Assembly: GCA_965637545.1 (NCBI GenBank)
Contig: OZ281498.1
Coordinates: 8,122,001-8,186,000, forward strand
Direction: 5' to 3'
Length of the DNA: 64,000 bases
Source: Phallusia mammillata
Lineage: Eukaryota
A program made the translations under genes and the position numbers. Position 1 is the first letter of the stretch, and every line of letters starts with the position of its first letter. Below are positions 36,401 to 46,600 of the stretch, piece after piece. The notes beneath the pieces are model-generated. The model ran no database searches. It was given only the letters and a program-made list of their open reading frames with translations, and had not been told where the DNA came from.

Positions 36401-36728
36401 AATCCAGGCACATTTTTGGGTCCAATATGGTCCACATTACCTGAGGTTTACTGCTCATATGCATAGCACCCATGCCTATTGTCATTGTTTCTGCTTTATT
36501 TTGATACAACTATACCTTTTTACTCTTAAGATACAATGTGTCCATTCTTAATAATGTCAGGTCAAGCGTTGATGCACATCTTTTAAGTTTGATCTATTTT
36601 AGGTACATGGAGAGTTTAAACTGGAAGCGGTAATCAGTCGCTTGTTGGAGTTGGTTGAATCTCGACACAAACATGCAGAAGACGATTTTGGGGAGGGTTT
36701 AAAGCCCAATGAAAATGCTGCAGCCTAG
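24482..36728 (+). CDS. TARS1: Cytosolic threonyl-tRNA synthetase; long form with N-terminal GST-C-like exon (24482-24715), short form from ATG 25112
   Basis: [12 protein letters not shown] domain (ITLPDGK..WITTPY..A.GISQGLAD...VWDLDRPLE), editing WHSTAH.LGEAME and [109 protein letters not shown]; last exon 36603-36728. Confidence 0.96.
26476..30546 (-). CDS. Nested antisense gene in a TARS1 intron: ~618-aa single-pass (type III) transmembrane adaptor-like protein; exons 30546-30495, 30201-30081, 30025-29983, 29776-29716, 29641-29588, 29065-28947, 28214-28085, 27752-26476
   Basis: Eight exons joined by GT-AG introns in phase into 1857 nt: [35 protein letters not shown] (TM), then ARRKARR, then a long acidic disordered tail with many Tyr motifs. 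Confidence 0.85.
28497..28878. mobile_element. MITE with 17-bp TIR CGGTCACGTCTAAAACT and internal gtgggcc(c/t)g tandem motifs
   Basis: Perfect TIR pair; repeated ggatatagtgggc-like units inside. Confidence 0.75.
36291..36453. mobile_element. Tc1/mariner-like MITE (TIR CAGTAAACCT)
   Basis: ta|cagtaaacct...aggtttactg; related fragment at ~34545-34645. Confidence 0.5.
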
Positions 36729-36983
36729 TTCTGCATCTGCACAGTTTTACCTTTTGCATTGGCATATTTATTAACCTGGTGAAAACCTTGTACATTTTAG
36801 GGATTGGTATTTTTCCTGGGCTGCTGCAGAGTGGCTTAATGTATTTGTAGTCATGTAGGAACTGTTGCTAACATCAAACTAGTTATGTTTAAGCTGCAGT
36901 AGTAAAAGTTAAACATTTGGACCAGCTGAATATGTTTTTTGGTGCAGTATCACATGAAATCAAACAACAAAACAATACATTTA

Positions 36984-39004
36984 CTACCGAACGACCAAAT
37001 AAGGTTCATCCAAAGTTTTGTGCTTGGGGTTCACCCTTTTTTGTTCCGTGTTTGAGTCTGGAGGAAATGATAAAGTGTTATCCGCTTGCAGTCTTAGTTT
37101 TTCAACAATTGGATCAGGTTTCGGCCACTGGTCAGGGAGGCGAGTAGGAACCATTGCATGTGCAAACTTCTCATGTTTGGGTCTTGGTTTGTCCAAACTT
37201 GAACTGTTCCACCTAAAAAATGCAACATATATTCAGCAGTCAGCACAATAACGACATGGAGAAATTCCCAGTGGTGAGATTCAGCCAGTTTGCACCGGTT
37301 GTATAGAACCGCCTCACGAAATTTTATGGGATCAGCGCACCGGTTAGCATTACTGGTTGCGGTCAATGGAAATATAACTTGTTGTAACAGAACTGGTTTA
37401 TGCCCCAAACTGTTTCTTTAGGACCTACAGTAGCTGCTTTTCACATCTTAAAAGCATACTTCAGTTCTTGTCGTTTTCTTCCAGTTGAAAAAGATTATGA
37501 CTGTACAAGTACATATTAGGCATTTTTTTGCTTCCAACTTTATGTCCAAAGGTGTAGGTTAGTTGTCATTAAATCAAAACTACCACTTCATTTTGCTCAC
37601 TTGTTTTGTTCTAAAACATGGTTCCATCGATCTTCAAAACGGACATGTGGCCTCATGTTTATGCGAAACTTTGCATTCCTATACTCATAGTTATCTGTCT
37701 TGTTTAGTGCCACCACTGGACTGCCTTTGGTTTTCTGCACGTAGTTGTTTTTGAGAAAGCTGAAAAGGGAAAAACAGAATATAAATGGATAAACAACTTG
37801 GTATAGTGCATAATCGCCCAACAAATGTAATTATGGAATAGTACAAGTTGTTTGGAGCTACTTTTCCTTTTATGATAGATTCTCATCTAATTTTTTGTGG
37901 CTTATGAATTATGCCAGATTGGAAAGTTTTATTTTTGCGCGGAGGATATTTTTTTCGTCAAAATAATTGCGCGGATTTTTGCGCGGAATTACAATTTTCT
38001 GCGCGGATTGATAGACTTTTGATTGACAGGTGGATTTAACGATTAACGCAATTTGTATGTAACGCCTGCATAACTATCCAGTCGACAAAAAGAACAACTG
38101 AATAAAGTAATAAACACGACGAATCTTCAGTTTTGCTCCATTGCTCACGCAGCTGTTCTGCTAGATTCTACAATTTTTCATTTTCATAACGATTCAAACA
38201 TTTGGCTGATTTCTTTCATGGGGATAGTTTTTGATTGCCAAACTGCCCTTAACTGTTTTTAATTATTTTTCATACAGAAAACATTATTTTATGTAACTTG
38301 CCCAGCCGACAGTCACTTTAATAGTCAAACTACGTCCTAAAAATACAGATAAATGTACTTTTAACGACTACGTTAGCGAAATAGAAATGCTATTTCAAGC
38401 GTGACGATCGAAAAGTTTCGATGTGCTTGACTGATTTGCGTGGATTGTTCCTGAAATAAGGTTTATGACGACATAGAACTTCATTGTGCAACGTAAATAT
38501 ATAATTTTAAAGAAAGTTTATTGTAGTTACCTACGAAAGCTGTGCTAAGTTGCGCGGACAACATTTTTTTGCGCGGATTACACGTAAGAAGCCTAAATTT
38601 GCGCGGATTACAAGGGGAAATCCAAAATATTGCGCGGAGGATAAATCCTCCGCGCAGGCCATTCTTTCCAATCTGGGAATTATGTAGGTCTCATTGTTTT
38701 AACTTTCAAATTTAAGCCACAGAACTATTGAGAGAGAAAAGTGGTAACGTTTACCAAAAATAAATTCATTTTTTTAAAAACAAATTGAGTTAAAAACGTC
38801 TTGTTTTACGAACGCAGCTTACTTTCCCTGTTCAGTGTTGAGGTACGGTCTTGTCAGCCACATTTCATTCGTGCATTCAATCTTGAGGCCTTCAACAAAT
38901 TGTTGTCTGTCCTTTCGGCTGATTTTGTGTGGTTCCTGGTTTTTGCCGGCAAATTTTCTTCCTGGGATGCGGCCATACCGACATAATGCTAATGTTAGCT
39001 TCAT
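36984..39004 (-). CDS. MRPL57: Mitochondrial ribosomal protein mL63 (MRPL57/MRP63), extended to ~189 aa; exons 39004-38823, 37759-37601, 37212-36984
   Basis: MKLTLALCRYGRIPGRKFAGK...LKIECTNEMWLTRPYLNTEQ aligns to recalled human [20 protein letters not shown]...[33 protein letters not shown]..NKW aligns to PPHRFIADQLDHL..KKW; exon phases consistent. Confidence 0.85.
37914..38676. mobile_element. Non-autonomous DNA transposon (TIR CCAGATTGGAAAG, gcgcgga subterminal repeats) in MRPL57 intron 1
   Basis: 13-bp perfect TIR; perfect 8-bp TSD gaattatg. Confidence 0.85.
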
Positions 39005-39276
39005 GGCAGTTTTGTACTGCTAGTTTACCATGTTACTCGAGTTTAAAACCAAAAACAAACAAAAATCTGTGAACATGTTCACATAGAAACTTTACCACGA
39101 TTTACAATAGAAATCAAACATTTTCTCCATTACTTTTTATGGCAAGTACAACTGCTTTACGTGTTTTGAAAAATAGCTTAACTGAACCTTTTGAACCTCT
39201 CAGCACCTGCAACATACTAGGGAAAAAAGCAATACAAATATATGAGTGCTGTTATGTATCCAGATAAGGTCTAGGC

Positions 39277-39591
39277 CAGGGGTGGGCAACCTTTGTCACT
39301 GTGGGGCCAAATACAATTGCGATAATTAGATCGCGGGCTGCACCTTTATATAACGTAATTTTACAATGTGATTTTACTTCATTGCATACCAAAAATGCCT
39401 TACTACAAGTAAAATTCGCAGTTGATTCTATGAGCATATTGTCAAGTCGCAAAAAAAACTACTACCGGGCGCACAAATCTGCCCAAAAAATATAATAATT
39501 GGACTCATTTGCGAGTAGGCTACATTTGAAATCCAAGTGTCTCTGCGGGTCGCACAACTTTAATCAATGGGCCGCAGGTTGCCCGCCCCTG
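39277..39591. mobile_element. hAT-type MITE
   Basis: caggggtgggcaacct / aggttgcccgcccctg; perfect TSD gtctaggc. Confidence 0.85.
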
Positions 39592-39620
39592 GTCTAGGCC
39601 CTACCATGTTTTTATGACCG

Positions 39621-39710
39621 AAGAATGTGGTAAATATATATGCAGTAAATGTGTTTGATAATATGTACCCTATTTTCAAACACATTTACTGCATATTTTT
39701 ACCACATCTT
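39621..39710. repeat. Near-perfect ~40-bp-arm palindrome
   Basis: atgtggtaaa..atatgcagtaaatgtgtttga / tcaaacacatttactgcatat..tttaccacat. Confidence 0.7.
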
Positions 39711-40684
39711 TGACAATTAATGTATATAGCACAGTCAGTGGCGTATCTAGGATCGGTTTTAGGGGGGGGGGCCCAACAGCATAAAATATATTGCGCCACC
39801 TTGCGGCGACAAGTGCGCCACCTTTGCGGTAGACTGTGTAGACCTCTCTGTTAGCACCTGTTGTGCCTATTAAACTCGCAATATCAACTAAATGCTGGTT
39901 AGCCTAAGGCACTGTGAAGCCCTTACTCTTGCTGTAAGTAACGAACGTTATAGTCACGATTCGATCGTGTTCATGTAACACTTTTTACAACAACATAACC
40001 TGTAATTAAAGCGAACAGTAAATCATTCACCACTAGCATTTCACAAGACCGTGTGTACAATGCCGCATATGCGATTTATTTAAATGCCAACCGCATGTTT
40101 ATCAAGTGCAATTCACTTTTTCAATGTCGTCAACCAATTAAATGCAAAACCGCATTTCAAGAGGATTACGTCAAAAACTGAATGGAACATTTCTCGCTCA
40201 GGTATTGGCATGTGAAAAAAGTAATTCACAACGCATGGCACATGCTGGAGCTAACTAAGCTTACCTCAAAGCGGTGTTACCAGTCAGCTCCATGCAGGCA
40301 ACCGTGACAGACTTTTCAGGAATTATGAAAAGGAACAAAATAAATGTAAAACTGTTTTGGAAATTTTGCGTGCAACCAAGTAAATCTTACTTTACTTACG
40401 TGCAAGCCCTACCAGAAACAGATTTTGTTTGTTGGGTGTCTGCAGTTTCTGATCACGGACGCTGATTGTTAGATAACGATCTAGACATTTTGAAAGTTTG
40501 GTATACAATTTCTGGCTATTGTTAGGATCGGATGCTAATCTTAGGTTAGAAATGTTAGGCTGTTAGGACAGATGCAATAGTACAGTAAAGGACTTGCACA
40601 CGTCTGTGCTTACTGGTTTAAGAAGTTGTTTTTTGTTTTTCAGAATATTATTTGATTGTCCACCCTTGAATGCAGTCACAAAAT

Positions 40685-43600
40685 ATGCAGAACGCCTATA
40701 CAGTTGCAGAGTTTGTTTTCTTGACCTTAACGTTTCATATTGGTAAGCAGATTTTGGGTTATAACAGTATAGTTCTCAACCTTTCGTGGACCGTGGCCCC
40801 CTAAAAGTAATTTTTGGACCTCGTGTAGATTTAATAAATTACCATTTTCTCAACTGGCAAAGTGTTTTTTTATTTTTTTTACAAATTCCATCAACAGTAA
40901 AACCTGACGTCAAATAGGTTCTATGTATTAGCAAATATGTAGCTCTGTTTCTATAACAATATGCCAGTGTTTCGACAGCAGTTTCTATAACAATATGCCA
41001 GTGTTTCGATGTCCCGTTCCTGACACCTTCATCAGGGCAGTGACATAAATTGAAAACACTATGTTGTCATAAACTAAAAATTAACAAAGGCAATAAAACA
41101 CAAAACATGCAAGGATAGCAAGATCCTTTGTTTTTTACACGCTTGATGACTTAGTTGTTTTAACTGCAAGTATCTATATTATATTGCATCCTTTTTGAGG
41201 TTGGCTGATTTGGAGTTTTGGGATTTTGCTTTCTTTATTTGTTTTTGTTTGTAGTTTGGTCGAAAGAATGCGGAACGAAATACAGCTATCGTGGTGGAGC
41301 CGCTGTGTTCCAAATAGCTGACGATTGTGAATCGTACACTGCATCATTTACAGCAGACCCAAATAAAACGGTTTCCATCTTTCCCAGAATTGGGGAAATT
41401 GGGAGCAACAGATGCTCGGTAAGATTCGGATTTCTTGATTTGACAATGATTGACAGACTTTCTTTTGTTTTTAAATTGTTTAATTTATGCCCACAAATTT
41501 GGGGACGAATTTTTAGAACCTGCTTTTCTTTCTTTTACTCTCGACTATCTAAGTCAGTGGTCGGCAACGACGGCCGGTCCGTGAGGAGTCGTTACCGGGT
41601 CATATACTTTTTCAGGTTAAACGCTTTGAAACATTTTTTTAGCGGTCCTTGCATCCCAGGGATGATAAACGATTTATGTAATACAATCCTTTTCAAATGC
41701 GCTTCAGCAAATGCTTATGCCATCATCATTGATTTCTTTCCATCTAATATATTACAGCTCAAAGTCCATCCAGTAGCGTTATGTCAATTACAGAAGCTTA
41801 TCAAAACCGCCAACCGCAATGCCATGAGATTACGGCTCTTAAAACTCTTAAATCGCTTGTTTCAGGTGTACGAGGGTTTAAACTCTTCAGGCATCTTGCT
41901 TGGAACTTACACCGATCACGGATTTAATGAGGGAATGCTTAAGACGACATTTAGCAACGAGATTCATATGCTCTGCAGTCTTACCAAGCCACACAATGCA
42001 ATGACCTTTTTTGTACAGCCGTGTAAGTGACCCTGATTTTTTTCATACCGTTTTAAAGCTGTGTACAAAACCGTTTTGGGCGGCAAAACTTTTGAAATTA
42101 AATCTAGTTCATTTTTTATGTATTTGAATTTCACTATTAGGGTTTGTGATTTTGACTGATTCAAGATTAGACAAACAAAAAAATCTCATTAAGGCCCGAA
42201 ATTCGATTACGTTACACTTAAACTGGTTTTACCAGCTAAAATGACTTGTTGCATTAGACAGCAAATCTGATGTATATCAAACTCCATTACCCCTGCGGGG
42301 AATTGTTTAAATCAGCTGTCATGGACCGAAATACCTGTCTATAGGTTAAACTAGAGCCGTTTGTTGAATAACGTGCTGCACAACAAGTTTTTGCCCTATT
42401 GTAAAACATTATAAAACTGTAACAAATTGAAATAATAACATCAAGGTCTCGTACAACCCCATAAAAATTGGTGGTTATTGGATGTATATGTGAAGGTGTC
42501 GGACAAGTTCTTGGTGGTTATAGAAACGATAATGTGTATTATTAGTACTTATACAGTTGGGTTTCATCAGTTAATAATGCAAAAACGTTGACTGGGGTGT
42601 GAGACGACAAAGGACGCTTTGAAAAGTTAAAGACATAATTTACAGCTATATACCTTGTATACCTTTGACAGCATTCGCATTTAACAATGTTTCGCTAGGT
42701 TCAACAATAGTTTATTTCGCCTTTTTGCTTGAGGTGGTTCAACGTAATGAATTAATGACATAACGTCTGCACTGCGCATATCAAAGCAAAATAATTGACC
42801 ATGTACACTTGTGCATTAATTAATCTCTTGCGCTTTTATCAGTATAAAACTTAAGCCTCATCCAATGGAAAATGACATTGATTCGGGTCTAACTTTACAC
42901 CCTGCATTATTTTTGCACCAACTTTGATACTGATTCGGGCACCGTTTTTAATCTGATACTCCATAGTACTTTTGGGTTTGGGTCTAAATTTCAGACCCGC
43001 ACACATATCTGATTGCTTATAATCGCGTTTTCGAAAGCAGGATTTGGCTAAAATAATACTCAATTCCTCATATAAAACAGATAACTTGGATTTTCGTCGT
43101 ACCGCGAAACTAGTTCAGGTCTGATTATTCACTCTGTTTCATTTTTTGCACTAACTTCAAAATTTTCAGGCTTCTTTTTTGGTCACTGATTTTGGGCTTC
43201 TGTTTTTAAAATCGCTTACGTTTTTTTCTGGTACGCTTGTACTTTCGGATTTGGGTTCCACTTTTAGTCCCGCTTCCAAATCTATATTGCTAAAACGGTT
43301 GAATTTGGCTAAAAGCATGCCCCATCACGCTTGTAAAAAAGATACTTCGATTATTGTTGTACCGTAGACGTGAAGACTTGTCGGGACGTGTATCTGACCG
43401 CAAGTAACCTTCCCGCTGACTTCGTCATTCCTGGTGAAGAGGGTCAGTACTTGAGCAACCTGGCGTGTGAGATGATTGTTACGAGCGATCGTTCCTGTAC
43501 CTTCACCCTGTCTTTTGGCAAGGACACGGATATTAGTGCAACGGACGGGCTCTATGTATGTTTTTGGGCTGTGACAAGATTAGTGAATACGCTATTATAT

Positions 43601-46600
43601 AGTCTCCGTAGAAAAAAACCCAAGAAGTGATATGATGTGGAAGCACGGCGAACAGAGAGTCCGTAAATTTCTGCCGTTTTCTCCCTTATTTAGCATATTT
43701 TGTCTACCCCTCCGTACTTAAACTAACTAAACTTAATATTTTTAAAATTCACCACAGTAGAAAAAACAAATAAATGTAAATATTTTGGAATTCAAATCCT
43801 TTTCAGAAACTCAAAATTTAAACCACATTCGACAATATAACTTATCTGTCTAAATTTTAGACTCTAAAACAATTAGAACAGTTAAATTTTAGACTCTAAA
43901 ACAATTAGAACAGTTAGAACTAATAAGGCATTTGTAATGATAGTGGTAAGCATTCTTGTATTAATGTTTGGATGTATATATTCATAAAAAAAGGAGCTAT
44001 TTTTCGGAAATAAAGAGTAAATTTTAATATGTTCATGTTCTCACTACGCTGTTTATTTGATGTAGCAATTTTTGTAGTAGTACCCAGTGGTGGGATTCAG
44101 TCGGTTCGCACCGGTTCTATAGTACCGTCTCACGAAATTTTATGAGATCAGCGAACCGGTTAGCGTTACTGGTTACTGTGAATGGACTTTTTGTAACAGA
44201 ACCAGCGGAAAAATATGACTTTTGTGATAGAACCGACTGACAAAAAATTTGAATCCCACAACGTGACTCTTGTGGATTTCTATTTACAACACTTAACACG
44301 AAAACGACATTCAGGTGACTTCCGATGATCCATCCGAGCTTCCAATCCGCATTGTTTCAAACGAAGGTTCAATAGTTGGAGAAAGGAGCTTCACTTTTAT
44401 CGGAAAAATGCTTAAAGTTGATTTTGTCACGGGCGGTGGAGAACAAAAAAGAGTCCCGAAAATCCGGGTCACTGCAGGTTGGAATAAATTTCTCCTTGTT
44501 ATGTCAATTCAGTATTCTTTAAATTTTTTAACCAGCGCGTCGAATTTGTCCTTTGAGGCATGAACCAATCAATGTGATTGTCAAAATAATAATAAACACT
44601 TAAATCCCCCTTATATTTTATTTTAACTTTAAACTCAAAGAGGTATATGCAGGAATTCGTTCATTTAACTTAATTTTTTTTCCACTGTTGGGGAATTGGC
44701 TAAAAGAGTGGTTCCCAACAATATTCGACAAATTTCTCCCTTAACAGTTTAAAAAAATGTTCATTCCTTTCTAATATACTGTTTAGTAGATGCCAAACCA
44801 CACAAAGAGCATTTAAAATTGCGTCTTTTATCAACTTCACAGGTTATATTCCCAGGGCCTGTCTAAGTGTCTATTTACAAACCACATGTAAAAATTAAAC
44901 ACAATTTCTCCTCCCTTGGGAGGAATTCCTCTCCAGTTGGAAACCACTGGCCTAAAACCTGCCCGGCCGAAATTCAGCATTTAGCCTACCGCAACCTTAT
45001 CTTTCCTAAAATTAAAACAAAATGCCTTATTGCTACCTAATTGTTATTGCCCTACAAGTCCAAAAATTGAAGTCAAAGCGTTGGGTTTTGGTACAAACTC
45101 TTAACTGAATTTTGTTTTTCATAGAGTGCGAGGCGTCGAGGGCTCAAGTAGCTTGTGGTGACCGAATAACAATCAAGTACGTATTCAGTGGATTTTTGTA
45201 TTTCACAACCAAACACTAAAATGATGAAACAATTTCAGTGTTACGGATTTGGAAACAGTTCATGCCGAAAGGGGAGATTTGATGTACATCTCAAACACAG
45301 CTCCACACGATATGACAAGTATCGGAAAAAACTGCAAGGCGATTGTCGGAGATTTTGCTCTATTTTATTTCGACATTTCTGAATGCCAGTCTGTCAGTCA
45401 GGTAAACGACTGCAACACTGATTGCTGTCCGACTGTCTGTTGACTTACTGTAAATCTGTATGGATAACCGACAGTCTGTCTGTAAGTTTCTGTGTCTTCT
45501 GACTGTCTGACATTTCTACAATCAGTCTATTTTCCGGCCAGCTGTCCGCACGTGTGACGGTCCACAATTGCAACTGACCGCCAGCATAATTTGTCGACTG
45601 TCTGTTCCCCTTGTGTGACTACCTGTTTGTCCGCGTATGTCCAACTACTTTGCTGTTGGTTTGTTTGCGAGTATGACTGCTGTCTGACTGATTGTATGGT
45701 TGTCTGTTAGCTTCTGTGAATGTGCGACTACTTGTATGTTTGTCTGTTCGCTTTAATGTCCGTTTACTTGGATGTTTGTCATATCGCTTGTTCGACTGTC
45801 CACATTATCTTTTTTTATACTGAAGAGAGGTAAACCAAGGTCTCTACACCTTTGTATCGTTTTTTTTTTACAGGAAACAGAGCACAGACTGGTTTACACC
45901 TACACCGTGATGAACACGAAATCTGGATACGGAAAAGATATGATCTATCGACAAGCTATCTCTTATTATTTCGAATTTACCTGTAGTTATCCCAAATCCC
46001 GACTTTTGCAGAGTGCACCCGAGAGATTAATCCCCATAATCAGGTTGGTGTCGTAAAAATCGGTAAACATTTGTTAAATTATCCAAAATGATTTTTGTAT
46101 ATCTCAATTGATTTTAAAGGGTAAAATAAACGATAAGAAGCTTTCTGGTCAAACGTTATGCTTCTGTCTAAGTTCGTGAACTTATAACCGCAAAAACGTT
46201 TCAAGCACTATTCAATCCACTATTCAAAAATACAAGCATGACATTATTGTGTCGTCTATAACTTATGGTTGATTGAGTTTGACTTAGTATTTGTTTTGCA
46301 GCAAAAAGCAACTTGCCCCAGAGATTGAACTCGGTAATTTGACAATCGCATTCAATCTTTATGAAAGTGCTGAAATGACGACACCCCTTGCATACAATTC
46401 TGTTATCAATGTCCCTGATTATATTTATGGAAGAGTGGAACTCTCCAAAATATCTCCAACAGAAAGGAGATTCATCATGAAGGTATAAAACACGATTGTT
46501 TAGCTTACCATGATTTTTAGAAAATACTTTTTTGTCAATGATACTTTAAGGACACATATAACTAATGTAAATTAAAGTACGCCAGACTTACCCAAAGCGT

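Noticed and set aside
37460-37500. Stop-containing cassette exon in MRPL57 intron 2
   Set aside because: AG/GT flanks exist, but such sites are common by chance and there is no supporting evidence.
41218-42030. 270-aa ORF as a standalone gene
   Set aside because: It is two exons of the CUB-ZP gene plus an open intron, and it has a non-ATG start.
41044-43630. Possible full Penelope retroelement ORF upstream of the hammerhead at 41.0 kb
   Set aside because: The minus frames I translated are interrupted by stops and show no RT or GIY-YIG motifs; the coding signal is explained by plus-strand CUB exons.
43851-43914. 32-bp tandem duplication (similarly the 27-bp direct repeat at ~14537/14735)
   Set aside because: Ordinary local intronic duplications with no further structure.
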